IMG/VR virus record: IMGVR_UViG_3300029305_001279
DNA from: a virus
DNA length: 64,000 bases
Reading direction: 5' to 3' (one strand)
Positions 52,753-61,730 of the stretch are shown here, piece after piece. Numbering within the stretch: position 1 is the first letter of the stretch; each line of letters opens with the position of its first letter. The translations under genes and the position numbers were made by a program. The notes beneath the pieces are model-generated. The model ran no database searches, was not told the DNA's origin, and saw only the letters and a program-made list of their open reading frames with translations.

Positions 52753-53454
52753 ATGTACTACGAAGATGATTTTTACTACGAACCCAGCGAATTTGACCAG
52801 CAGGTCGAGGAGTTCAAGGCAAGCCTGATAAAGTCCGTCAAAGAGGAATTCTTGCAGCGGATGGATGCTCTTGAAAAGGAGAACGCCGCCCTGCGGGAGT
52901 TCCGGGATCAGAAGGCCGCCGTCATCCGAGATTGCGAAGCCAAGGTTGCAGCAGCGCAGAGAGAGGCCCGGATGGCTGAGGAGAAGTGGAAGAAAGCAAG
53001 GCTCCATCAGCTCCTGGGCGACTTCCTGACGGTGGGCTGGAAGGTCGGCTATGAGAACGAGATGGAGCCAAAATGCGACAAATGTGACGAGCACAGATAT
53101 CTTCACTTTTTGTCTCCGCAGGGCAATAAGTGCAAGGAAATGTGTAATTGCGCAAGGTACAAAACCCGGTACTTCCCGAAAGAAGCCATTCTTTCAAAAA
53201 TCTATGTCCGAAAGAGGGACTTTCGATCTGATGTTGATTTCGACCGTCTTAATAGGTACTATACCGTCGAAAGAAGTGACCGGGACGAATACGACAGATA
53301 TGAGGCGACTTCGGATGTTTACGAATCCGGCTTCGCATGTGAGAAAGTCGGAAATCAATACCGAGCGGTCTTTCTTACTGAGGAGGATTGCCAGCGGTAC
53401 TGCGACTGGCTGAATGAGCAGGAAGCCAAAAAGCGGGCGAAGGAGGAAGTATGA
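52753..53454 (+). CDS. hypothetical coiled-coil / Cys-containing protein
   Basis: ATG 52753 lies in the junction GGAGGACTGACCATG. Confidence 0.5.
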   Translation: MYYEDDFYYEPSEFDQQVEEFKASLIKSVKEEFLQRMDALEKENAALREFRDQKAAVIRDCEAKVAAAQREARMAEEKWKKARLHQLLGDFLTVGWKVGYENEMEPKCDKCDEHRYLHFLSPQGNKCKEMCNCARYKTRYFPKEAILSKIYVRKRDFRSDVDFDRLNRYYTVERSDRDEYDRYEATSDVYESGFACEKVGNQYRAVFLTEEDCQRYCDWLNEQEAKKRAKEEV

Positions 53455-54071
53455 GTTATTCAAGTTTATGGGGCATCGACAAAAATTGGAGCGGAAAGCG
53501 GCTTACTGAATATCACAACAGTTGGCTGTTCTGCCCAATTACATGGAATGTTCTTCTGTGCAAGTATATCAAGCCGGAAGAACGAACTGGCTATGGCCGT
53601 GTATGGACGAACTATATGTCCTGGGTCGGGATTTGTGACAGTGCGACCGCAGATAAAAAATGGCGGATGCTGAACGAGCGGATCAATAACAGCGGCATCC
53701 AACCTGACCGAGTTTTGTGGGATCTGTCGCAGCTCGGCGTGTTCGATGCAAAAGACAAGGACTTCGTTGCCGAGTGCATCGACAAGTTTGTTGAAAACAA
53801 CATTGTCGGTAACCCGGAATATCAAGAAAGCGACCATATCATTGAGCGGTTCCACAAGGTTGCGGAGGACATCAGAAACCTTCCCCGGCGGTTCAAATAC
53901 TTTGTCATCAAAGGAACGAGCGTTGACGACGAAGTGGAACGGTGGTTCTACCGAAAGCGGTTGTGCTCATGGAAAGAGTTCGTTTGCTACTTTACTGTGA
54001 TTGAAAATCAGAAGGTGGTAGGATATGCGACGAACCTTCAAATGTGCAAAGGAGAGTCTAACAATGGGTGA
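53451..54071 (+). CDS. hypothetical protein
   Basis: 206 aa ORF in an AT-richer stretch. Confidence 0.5.
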   Translation: MSYSSLWGIDKNWSGKRLTEYHNSWLFCPITWNVLLCKYIKPEERTGYGRVWTNYMSWVGICDSATADKKWRMLNERINNSGIQPDRVLWDLSQLGVFDAKDKDFVAECIDKFVENNIVGNPEYQESDHIIERFHKVAEDIRNLPRRFKYFVIKGTSVDDEVERWFYRKRLCSWKEFVCYFTVIENQKVVGYATNLQMCKGESNNG

Positions 54072-54225
54072 ACGTGTAGAAATGCGCTTCATGGACGATC
54101 CCGCGACTTTATGCCGGGTATATATGTTTAGAGTCCATGTATCCAAGACGAGGCTGCTCAACAAATACGTGGCCCTCTGGTACATCGTGAAGTATTTGTG
54201 GAAGGTGGTGCGCCATGGACGATAA
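54064..54225 (+). CDS. possible small protein
   Basis: Internal ATG of ORF 54025..54225. Weak. Confidence 0.3.
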   Translation: MGERVEMRFMDDPATLCRVYMFRVHVSKTRLLNKYVALWYIVKYLWKVVRHGR

Positions 54226-54382
54226 GTACCCCTACCGAGTCTACGACAGCACCGGAGCGCAGGTGCTGTATGCCCCGGCGGATTGCCGGCACGATAAGAA
54301 AACCGAACAGAGCCTCCTGGAGAGCGGGCACACCATCAAGCTCCACGGGAAGCGGATCACGAAGAAGGAGATTAAATCATGA
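54215..54382 (+). CDS. possible 55-aa protein
   Basis: MDDKYPYRVYDSTGAQVLYAPADC... Its stop overlaps the next start (ATGA). Confidence 0.4.
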   Translation: MDDKYPYRVYDSTGAQVLYAPADCRHDKKTEQSLLESGHTIKLHGKRITKKEIKS

Positions 54383-54681
54383 ATAAGCCCAGAGAAAGAA
54401 GCCCCTATGCCGGTTGCGATGTGAAAACCCGCCCTGATGTCGGCAAGGATCCCATGAGCGGCAGAGACCTCGGAAACCAGGTATTCCGGGTCGAGGACTG
54501 GTGGGAAAATGTGTACGGCCGCTCCTGGATGGTTGCAAACGGCAACCCCGCTGCCATGTTCTATGGCATCCGCACCGGACTGCGAGGTTGCGTTCCTACC
54601 GATAACGAAGTCCTTTACGGTAAGATCGATGGCCTGGGCTACCTGTTCCATGTGTCTGAGCTGTGTCTTGAGGAGGACTGA
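54379..54681 (+). CDS. hypothetical protein
   Basis: 100 aa ORF ending in the GGAGGACTGACCATG junction. Confidence 0.5.
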   Translation: MNKPRERSPYAGCDVKTRPDVGKDPMSGRDLGNQVFRVEDWWENVYGRSWMVANGNPAAMFYGIRTGLRGCVPTDNEVLYGKIDGLGYLFHVSELCLEED

Positions 54682-54683
54682 CC

Positions 54684-54842
54684 ATGGAAGAACTTAAAAG
54701 CCAGCTCGCGGCAATGTGTGAGAGCAAGCTGGCCTATTGCGACATCGTGGACGAATGCCGTGAAACCGTCGATTTCGGTCTGATAATCGGTGTTCTCTTT
54801 GACTGTCTGGCCGATATGATGCGAAGCAAGGAGGTGAACTAA
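54684..54842 (+). CDS. possible 52-aa protein
   Basis: MEELKSQLAAMCESKLAYCDIVDECRETVDF... fills the gap between neighbours. Confidence 0.4.
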   Translation: MEELKSQLAAMCESKLAYCDIVDECRETVDFGLIIGVLFDCLADMMRSKEVN

Positions 54843-54845
54843 CCA

Positions 54846-55202
54846 TTGAGTTATGATATTTCGTTCCGAGTAAAGGTCGAGGGCGTGGACAAATACGTTG
54901 ATGTCGGTACCTGTGATGCAAATATCACATGGAATGTCAGAAAGATTATTGAACTGTCTACTGGTTTGCCGTGGGTCAACGAAGCAAACAACGGCCGTTG
55001 CGTTGATGTGATTCCCAAAATCGAACAGGGCTTACGGGAGTTGAGAAGAAATCCGCAGAAGTACAAACCATACGAAGCAAGCAATGGCTGGGGCACTGTA
55101 CAAGGAACTATCCGTTTCTATGAAACAATCCTTGCAGCGTGGGATGAATTTATCAGATGGCATGAAGAACTTGTGCCAGTAGCAACCTTTTGGATTATAT
55201 AG
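54846..55202 (+). CDS. hypothetical protein
   Basis: TTG start in the track; 118 aa. Confidence 0.45.
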   Translation: MSYDISFRVKVEGVDKYVDVGTCDANITWNVRKIIELSTGLPWVNEANNGRCVDVIPKIEQGLRELRRNPQKYKPYEASNGWGTVQGTIRFYETILAAWDEFIRWHEELVPVATFWII

Positions 55203-55219
55203 AAACGGGAGGACTGACC

Positions 55220-55699
55220 ATGCGTGAGATTTTATTCCGTGGCAAGGCAACAAACAGAATCGAAGGGCGTCCGTACAGAACAAACTACAAGAACGGTGAC
55301 TGGGTCTTTGGTCTGCTGACCGATGTATTAAACTATGCTGGTTTTTCTGAAATGACCAACACAAACGGTGTCAGCGGCATCGAGGTAGATCCTGAAACAG
55401 TAGGCCAGTTTACCGGAAAGACTGCCAGGAATGGTGTGAAGATCTTCGAGGGCGATATTGTCAAAGCGAAGGTTATACAGAACACCGGCAGTGAGGTCCG
55501 CAAATATACGGAAGTATATGTTGTTGCATATCACCCGAAGTTTTGTTACTTCTACCTTAAAAGGGAGGGAAACAATCTATTGTTCGATGGCAACTGGGCC
55601 TATGGGGTATTTATCGAGGAGGTCATCGGCAACATCCACGACAACCCGGAGCTTCTGACGAAAAATTCTGCCATTGACTCGCCACTTGCCAAGCCATAG
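55220..55699 (+). CDS. YopX-family protein
   Basis: MREILFRGK...DPETVGQFTGKTARNGVKIFEGDIV...VIGNIHDNPELL is the YopX pattern. Confidence 0.65.
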   Translation: MREILFRGKATNRIEGRPYRTNYKNGDWVFGLLTDVLNYAGFSEMTNTNGVSGIEVDPETVGQFTGKTARNGVKIFEGDIVKAKVIQNTGSEVRKYTEVYVVAYHPKFCYFYLKREGNNLLFDGNWAYGVFIEEVIGNIHDNPELLTKNSAIDSPLAKP

Positions 55700-55743
55700 A
55701 ATGTTCTTATAATAACCAATTCCACAGAATATTCTGAACATTA

Positions 55744-55772
55744 TTGACTTTTTCATTCTATTCTGATATAAT
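55744..55772 (+). promoter_or_regulatory. promoter candidate (TTGACT-17-TGaTATAAT) preceded by the perfect palindrome CAGAATATTCTG (55725-55736)
   Basis: Seen directly in an AT-rich intergenic region. Confidence 0.5.
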
Positions 55773-55887
55773 AATCACGTTAAGTGTGTGCGAGACATTT
55801 GACGAATTTTATATTTGTTAAAATCCGCAGGGGGAAAGTATGCTCGCACCATACAAGTACCTTTGCGGTTTTTTTATTGAGGTTTGT

Positions 55888-56547
55888 ATGTCAAAGCCCA
55901 TGATCGATTTAACAGGACAACGATTTGGTCGTCTCTCTGTAATTAGGCGTGACGATTCACGTAAAAATGCTGCTTACTGGCTGTGCAGGTGTGACTGCGG
56001 AAATGAGAAGGTAGTACAAGGGTGCCATCTAAGAAGCGGAGCTACCGTCAGTTGCGGATGCCTTCACATGGAGAACGCATACAAGAGCAACTGGTCTACG
56101 CACGGATGCTACAAAACAAGGCTCTATACGGAATGGATCAGTATGAAAGGTCGCTGCACCAATAAGAAAAACCATCGATATCCTGACTACGGCGGCCGGG
56201 GCATTAAGGTATGCCCTGAGTGGCTGGACAGCTTCGAGGCTTTCCGGGATTGGGCTCTTGCTAATGGATACCGGGACGACTTAACCATTGAGAGGAAAGA
56301 CGTCAACGGAGATTACTGCCCTTCAAATTGCTGTTGGGTAACTCAAAAAGTACAACAAAACAATAGAAGAAACAACCACTACCTTACCCACCAAGGAAGG
56401 ACACAAACCATCAAACAATGGGCCGAAGAAACTGGAATAAATGAAGTGGCTATTTATTCCAGAATAAATAAACTCGGATGGTCTCCGGAAAGAGCCCTTA
56501 CAGAACCCATAAACAACCCAAAACAACCAAATCGAAAACCCCACTAG
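55888..56547 (+). CDS. phage DNA-binding / homing-endonuclease-like protein (family name uncertain)
   Basis: LTGQRFGRLSVI...WLCRCDCGNE...SCGC, then YTEWISMKGRC...YGGRGIKVCPEW...NCCWVTQKVQQNNRRN. Confidence 0.5.
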   Translation: MSKPMIDLTGQRFGRLSVIRRDDSRKNAAYWLCRCDCGNEKVVQGCHLRSGATVSCGCLHMENAYKSNWSTHGCYKTRLYTEWISMKGRCTNKKNHRYPDYGGRGIKVCPEWLDSFEAFRDWALANGYRDDLTIERKDVNGDYCPSNCCWVTQKVQQNNRRNNHYLTHQGRTQTIKQWAEETGINEVAIYSRINKLGWSPERALTEPINNPKQPNRKPH

Positions 56548-56649
56548 GAAGGGGTATGTGAATATCCTGTTGATAACTGTGGAGAACCGGGCCACCAAGG
56601 ACAGTTCTCCACATTCCTAACAGATTTTTCCACACCGAAAGGAGAACCT

Positions 56650-57306
56650 ATGCACCATGACTGTTTTGCCTGGGTGCGTCTGCTCCTGCTTGTCATCCTG
56701 ATTATGGTGTTTGCACTCTGGTGCAACGTCATGGAGGCACGCATCCAAATGGAGCAGCATGAGCCGGAGGAGCCGGTTCAGAAGCAACCCATCTACATTG
56801 CCCAGGCGCAAACCCCTGCAATTATCCCCCTGAAAGCTGAGCCGGCACCAGAGCCGACGATCAGCAATCCCATGGAAGAAATCACGCCACCCACAGAAGA
56901 GGCTACAGAGCCGCCCACAGAGCCTGAAACTACATACACCGCCGAGGAACTGGAGATGCTGGCCCTGGTCATTTACCAGGAAGCCGGAGCCGACTGGTGC
57001 TCCGATGATACCCGCCTGATGGTCGGTACCGTCGTGATGAACCGCATCGCAGATCCCCGATTCCCTGACACCATGTACGACGTGGTCACGGAGGAGCGCG
57101 CATACGGAGAGCTGCACTGGACCGGCATTGTCTGGCCTGCCCGGGCAAGCCATCAGACCGAGGCCCATGCCGTCGAGCGGGCATATGCCATCGCCGAGCG
57201 GATCCTGCTGGGCGAGCGCAGCTTGCCGGAGGATGTCATCTTCCAGAGCGAGTACATCATGGGCGAGATCGTGGCCTATTCTGACGGTATGTACTTCTGC
57301 CGCTGA
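56650..57306 (+). CDS. membrane-anchored SleB-type cell wall hydrolase
   Basis: N-terminal TM helix, Pro/Glu linker, then LALVIYQEAGADW...VGTVVMNRIADPRFPDTMYDVV (Hydrolase_2 pattern). Confidence 0.6.
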   Translation: MHHDCFAWVRLLLLVILIMVFALWCNVMEARIQMEQHEPEEPVQKQPIYIAQAQTPAIIPLKAEPAPEPTISNPMEEITPPTEEATEPPTEPETTYTAEELEMLALVIYQEAGADWCSDDTRLMVGTVVMNRIADPRFPDTMYDVVTEERAYGELHWTGIVWPARASHQTEAHAVERAYAIAERILLGERSLPEDVIFQSEYIMGEIVAYSDGMYFCR

Positions 57307-57405
57307 GACGCATCGAGTGACCGACTACCCATCAAAAGTGCTTTTCGATTCGTCTGAGAGCGAATCTGCAACACCCATAATATTACATACAGGAGGAAAA
57401 CCCCT

Positions 57406-57924
57406 ATGCTCAATCACATTACCATCATGGGTCGCCTGACAAGGGACCCGGAGCTGCGCCGCACTGGATCCGGAGTCGCCGTGGCCAGCTTCACCGTGGC
57501 CGTTGACCGGGACTTCGGCGGACAGGACGGCCAGAAGGAAACCGACTTCATCGACTGCGTGGCATGGCGTAATACCGGCGAGTTTGTGTCCAAGTATTTC
57601 ACCAAGGGCCGCATGATCGTCGTCGATGGCCGCCTTCAGATCCGCAGCTGGAATGATAAGGACGGCAACAAGCGCCGCACCGCTGAGGTCGTCGCAGAAC
57701 ACTGCTACTTCGGTGACAGTAAGCACGACGACAACCAAGGCAACCAGGGCGGCTACTCTGCACCTGCTGGTGGCTACTCTGCACCGTCTACCGGTTATAG
57801 CGCACCTGCCGGAAACTACGGCACCGGCGGACAGTACGGCGGCTATGGTGGCGGCTACGCATCTCCCGCAGCACCGGCTGGTGACTATGCCATGCTGGAG
57901 GATGAAGGAGAACTGCCCTTCTGA
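57406..57924 (+). CDS. ssb: single-stranded DNA-binding protein
   Basis: MLNHITIMGRLTRDPELRRT...FTVAVDR...DFIDCVAWR...RSWNDKDG, a Gly/Tyr-rich tail, and a C-terminal DEGELPF. Confidence 0.85.
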   Translation: MLNHITIMGRLTRDPELRRTGSGVAVASFTVAVDRDFGGQDGQKETDFIDCVAWRNTGEFVSKYFTKGRMIVVDGRLQIRSWNDKDGNKRRTAEVVAEHCYFGDSKHDDNQGNQGGYSAPAGGYSAPSTGYSAPAGNYGTGGQYGGYGGGYASPAAPAGDYAMLEDEGELPF

Positions 57925-57959
57925 TACTGTTCTATGTTATAGAACACATAACACCGAAA

Positions 57960-57988
57960 GGGAGACGAAAAATCGTCTCCCTTTTTTT
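57960..57988 (+). terminator. rho-independent terminator
   Basis: GGGAGACG-aaaaat-CGTCTCCC followed by TTTTTTT. Confidence 0.8.
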
Positions 57989-57991
57989 GCG

Positions 57992-58020
57992 TTGACAAAC
58001 ACAGAATTTAACAGTAAAAT
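57992..58020 (+). promoter_or_regulatory. promoter candidate for the par operon (TTGACA-17-TAAAAT)
   Basis: Seen directly. The leader contains repeated ACAGAAT motifs. Confidence 0.5.
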
Positions 58021-58067
58021 TACAGCATGAAAACAGAATAACCACGGAATGGAAGGGGATGGGGAAA

Positions 58068-58850
58068 ATGCCGCAACGCATTATATTTGCGCTTCAAAAA
58101 GGCGGTGTCGGTAAGACATCGAGCACGGTAGCAGTGGCGGAGATCATGGCTGCTGCCGGATACAAGGTGCTGGTCGTAGACTTCGACTCGCAGGGCAATG
58201 CGACGAAGATGCTGACAAAGGAGAGTATTTACAAATACTCAGGCCGCACGATCATGGAGGCCATCAAAGAAAGAGCCGTCACGCCATATATCGTGAATGT
58301 CAAGGAAGGTCTGGATCTGATTCCGGCGGAGGACAAGCTGGCGTTATTTTCCCAGCACATCTATACGAACGATGTCAAGCACCCGTATGCGGTGCTGCAG
58401 CGTCTGCTGGCTCCTGTGGAGTCCGGCTATGATTTTGTTTTCGTGGACGTGGGACCATCACTGGGCGACCACATGATAAATGCCATCGTGTATGCCGATC
58501 ATATCTTTATACCTCTGGACACCGGGGACTTTGCTATGGATGCCATGGTGCGGTTCATCAAGTTCGTGAACGATGCCAGGGAGAAGCGGTTCACAAGAGC
58601 CGAAGTCGGCGGGATCTTCCTGACCATGCGAGACGGCCGGCCGACAAAATATGAGCGGGAGATATCCGAGGGGATCCGTGAAGCATACGGCGACCTGATC
58701 TTCAAGACGGAGATCCATCGCCGTGTGAAAATCAAAGAAATGTCGTCAGAAGGGGTAGACATCGTGGCACCGGCCATGGAAGACTATCTGGATCTGACTG
58801 AGGAAATACTGCAACGAGTAAGAAAGGAGAAACACCATGAGCAAACATAA
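58068..58850 (+). CDS. parA: ParA/Soj-family partition ATPase
   Basis: Deviant Walker A QKGGVGKTSS and the DFDSQGN pattern. ATG 58068 is better spaced from GGAAGGGG than ATG 58059. Confidence 0.8.
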   Translation: MPQRIIFALQKGGVGKTSSTVAVAEIMAAAGYKVLVVDFDSQGNATKMLTKESIYKYSGRTIMEAIKERAVTPYIVNVKEGLDLIPAEDKLALFSQHIYTNDVKHPYAVLQRLLAPVESGYDFVFVDVGPSLGDHMINAIVYADHIFIPLDTGDFAMDAMVRFIKFVNDAREKRFTRAEVGGIFLTMRDGRPTKYEREISEGIREAYGDLIFKTEIHRRVKIKEMSSEGVDIVAPAMEDYLDLTEEILQRVRKEKHHEQT

Positions 58851-59193
58851 TTCCGCACGGGATCGCATTGAGCGACTGAAGCGAGAGCAGGAGGAAGCTG
58901 CTGCAAAGGGCAACACCATCGCGGATGCCAATGCCAACCTGGTAGAGCAGTTGACCCACGAGGAGGCCGGAGATCCGGACTTCGCTGCAATCGCCGATAA
59001 GCTGAAGGCGAACCTGGACATGGAGAAGGAGCCGTCCTTCCTGGAAGGCACTACAAAGTTCACCATCTACGTTGACAACGAGGTGGCGGAAGCCTTCAAG
59101 GCCCTGTGCGTCAAGCGCGGCGATCAGCGCCGGTACGCTACGCAGGCTTTCAGCGATTTTATCGTAAAGAAGATGAAGGAACTCGGTCTGTAA
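58837..59193 (+). CDS. small partition/centromere-binding-type protein (RHH-like C-terminus)
   Basis: It overlaps the parA stop. C-terminal FTIYVDNEVAEAFKALCVKRGDQRRYATQAFSDFI resembles a ribbon-helix-helix fold. Confidence 0.45.
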   Translation: MSKHNSARDRIERLKREQEEAAAKGNTIADANANLVEQLTHEEAGDPDFAAIADKLKANLDMEKEPSFLEGTTKFTIYVDNEVAEAFKALCVKRGDQRRYATQAFSDFIVKKMKELGL

Positions 59194-59195
59194 CC

Positions 59196-59250
59196 TGTCA
59201 AAATTCTGACACAGAATAGTCACAAAAATGTCAATAGAATAAAATGTCAA
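59196..59250. repeat. TGTCA-motif cluster (candidate parS/operator)
   Basis: Inverted TGTCAaaattcTGACA (59196-59211), plus AAATGTCAA direct repeats at 59226 and 59242. Confidence 0.4.
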
Positions 59251-59292
59251 ACAGCCACAGGATGCCGTCCCGTGGCTGTTTTTTCGTTTTTT
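59251..59292. terminator. rho-independent terminator between convergent par and recombinase genes
   Basis: ACAGCCACaGG-atgccgt-CCcGTGGCTGT followed by TTTTTTcgTTTTTT. Confidence 0.75.
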
Positions 59293-59375
59293 CGCTCCAA
59301 GATATACCATGGAACAGGTGTACGCTTTGTTGTATTATTGTCATATATGATAATTTTCAGTAATATAATCCCCCG

Positions 59376-60773
59376 CTACAGCGACCACTCAATGCGCAGC
59401 TCTCCCTCAGCGTTGATATACACTCCGTCGATTAGCTGGAAAAGAAAAGATCTCCTACCGCGCAGATTGGCTGCCTCCCAAGAAAATGCCGCATCCCGAA
59501 GTACCGTTTTGAATCCGCTAACATCAAAATACCTCGGTGCATCCGCCTGAGACTTCGGCATGATGCGCATACGTTCAGCGTGCGCTTTATCGATTCTTTC
59601 TGCTATCTCCCCCACGGACGTCAGCTGGTCGTACTGCAGCAGATCCATGAGCTTATTTATTTCCGCATCCAATCGCTCGACCTCAACAGACCTGCTGCTG
59701 TCAGAGCTGCCATCGCTGGCGGCTCTTTTTTTTATAACGTCTTCCACCAACTCCGGTTCCCGGATCAGACGCAGGACTTCCTCCTCCACCATGGTGTCCA
59801 GTGTGGACATGGGAATATGAGGTGCCTTGCAATTAGGGTCCTTCACCATGTTTTTGGCCTTCTTTGCGCGGCTGTGGCAGGAATACACCACCTTTTTGTT
59901 CGGGCGCTTATTAGGGAAGTACCTGGCATTGCAGCAATCACAGTAAACGATCCCAGTCAGGAGATAATCGCTGTCCCCGGATGCCTCTGCATGGCGCAGT
60001 CGCTTCCGGCGGGACTTGACCTTCCGGTTCAGCTCCTCCGGCACGATGGCTTCATGCTGCCCCCGCTCCAGGACACCATCGAAGTGGATGTATCCGGCAT
60101 ACAGCGGATTATCCAGGACATTGCCGACGGTGCCGGTGTGGGACCAGTCACCATGCTTTGTCGTGCGGCCTTCCATCCGCCGGGAGATCTCCGTGACAGA
60201 ATAGCCATCAGCATACATAGAATACACATCCCGAACCTGCTGAGCCTCCACCGGATCTACCACCAGCTCACCATCGATGTACTTGTATGCGATGGGCTCT
60301 GTTCCACCCCCGTGCCACAGACCATCCTCTGCGCGGCCGGATCGCCCGAGCAGGGTGCGTTCCACGATGGTAGAGCGCTCCATCTGCCCGAAAACGCTCA
60401 GGATGCCCACCATGGCAAGCCCGAACACTGTGGACGTATCGAAGCTCTCCTGCATCGACACAAAGGCAACGTCGTTTTTCATGAAGATATCCTCGATCAG
60501 ATACAGCGTGTCCTTCTGGGATCGGCTGAGCCGGTCGAGCTTATACACCAGCACCACATCGTATTTCCCGGCCTTCACACCCTGGATCAGCGACTCCATG
60601 CCCGGCCGCTCCAGTGTGGCACCGGAATGCCCGGGGTCAATGTACATACCGGAAACCACCCATCCCTGGGCCCGACAGTAGGAAATGAGCCGCTCCTTCT
60701 GCATCGGTATGGAATACCCTTCCTGATCTTGACGCGCTGTGCTCACTCTTATGTAGATAACCACTTTTTTCAT
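59376..60773 (-). CDS. large serine recombinase (integrase)
   Basis: MKKVVIYIRVSTARQDQEGYSI...YKLDRLSRS... is a resolvase catalytic domain, followed by recombinase and zinc-ribbon regions. It is the only convincing minus-strand gene. Confidence 0.85.
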   Translation of the reverse strand: MKKVVIYIRVSTARQDQEGYSIPMQKERLISYCRAQGWVVSGMYIDPGHSGATLERPGMESLIQGVKAGKYDVVLVYKLDRLSRSQKDTLYLIEDIFMKNDVAFVSMQESFDTSTVFGLAMVGILSVFGQMERSTIVERTLLGRSGRAEDGLWHGGGTEPIAYKYIDGELVVDPVEAQQVRDVYSMYADGYSVTEISRRMEGRTTKHGDWSHTGTVGNVLDNPLYAGYIHFDGVLERGQHEAIVPEELNRKVKSRRKRLRHAEASGDSDYLLTGIVYCDCCNARYFPNKRPNKKVVYSCHSRAKKAKNMVKDPNCKAPHIPMSTLDTMVEEEVLRLIREPELVEDVIKKRAASDGSSDSSRSVEVERLDAEINKLMDLLQYDQLTSVGEIAERIDKAHAERMRIMPKSQADAPRYFDVSGFKTVLRDAAFSWEAANLRGRRSFLFQLIDGVYINAEGELRIEWSL

Positions 60774-60873
60774 AATCTTTGCAAACCTCCATCAATACTT
60801 ACTATTCCCTATTATCCCATAAGAATTAAGATTCAGACAAACATAAACGAGATAATTTGTGCATTATGCCGTG

Positions 60874-60901
60874 TTGCTTTCTTCCTTGTTTCTGGTATAA
60901 T
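60874..60901 (+). promoter_or_regulatory. promoter of cassette copy 3 (TTGCTT-16-TGGTATAAT), divergent from the recombinase
   Basis: Seen directly; aligns with the other three copies. Confidence 0.55.
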
Positions 60902-60976
60902 AACATCAAGAACACAGCAAAACCACAGCAAACAAAACAGCAAAACCACATCCCAAATACAGAAGGAGGAAAGAAA

Positions 60977-61261
60977 GTGGGAAAGAAAGTTGGAACCAAA
61001 ACCGACCGAATCGTTGACCCGCAGGGCCGCGTCAGCATTCCCGGCTACATCCGGGAGCTTGCCGGTATCAATTTTGGCGATACCGTTACCGTGGAAGTCT
61101 GCGAAGATAATTCGATCCGCATCTATGCCAGCGGTGACCGCTGCTGCATCTGCGGAGAGATCCACGCACCTGATAAGCTGCTGACGACCGCCATCGGTCC
61201 GTATGAGCATAAGTTCTGTATCAACTGTGCCCGTACCATCTGCAATACGTTGAAGAAGTAA
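60977..61261 (+). CDS. AbrB/SpoVT-type DNA-binding protein with a C-terminal zinc ribbon
   Basis: GTG 60977 follows AGGAGG. DPQGRVSIPGYIRELAGINFGDTVTVEV is a swapped-hairpin AbrB motif. CCICG...CINC follows. Confidence 0.6.
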   Translation: MGKKVGTKTDRIVDPQGRVSIPGYIRELAGINFGDTVTVEVCEDNSIRIYASGDRCCICGEIHAPDKLLTTAIGPYEHKFCINCARTICNTLKK

Positions 61262-61274
61262 GGAGGAAATATCA

Positions 61275-61730
61275 ATGATTACCCATAAGAAAGGCAATCT
61301 CCTGACCGCAAAGGAGAAAGTCATTGCCCATCAGGTCAACTGCTTCGGAGCTGCCGCCGGTCTGGCCGGTGCCATCTTCCGAAAGTGGCCTACCGCTGAG
61401 CGCGACTATCAGCAGCTCATTAAACGGTGCCCGCCCAAATCGCTCCTGGGAATGGCCCAGCTCACCGGCGAACAGAAGGACCGTGACCGCCATGTCATCT
61501 GCAACCTGTTCGGCCAGTACGAACCCGGCCCGGCCTACAATCCCAAGAAGCTGGAGCAGGCGCTGGAAATGCTCGGCAACACCGCCCGGATCATGAACTG
61601 GAGTGTGGCCCTTCCGTACCGGCTCTCCTGCGGCATTGCCGGCGGCGACTGGGACGAAGTTCTGGAGATCATCGAGCGAACCATGAACGGTGTTGACTGC
61701 GTGATTTACCAGAAGGAGGAGAACAGCTAA
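61275..61730 (+). CDS. macro-domain protein (ADP-ribose binding/hydrolase)
   Basis: GNLL...VIAHQVNCFGAAAGLAGAIFRKWP...ICNLFGQ...SCGIAGGDW has the macro-domain layout. Confidence 0.6.
   Translation: MITHKKGNLLTAKEKVIAHQVNCFGAAAGLAGAIFRKWPTAERDYQQLIKRCPPKSLLGMAQLTGEQKDRDRHVICNLFGQYEPGPAYNPKKLEQALEMLGNTARIMNWSVALPYRLSCGIAGGDWDEVLEIIERTMNGVDCVIYQKEENS

Noticed and set aside
59580-61184. 534-aa + strand ORF overlapping the recombinase.
   Set aside because: It is antisense to an unmistakable serine recombinase gene. It runs through a promoter cassette and has no motif content.
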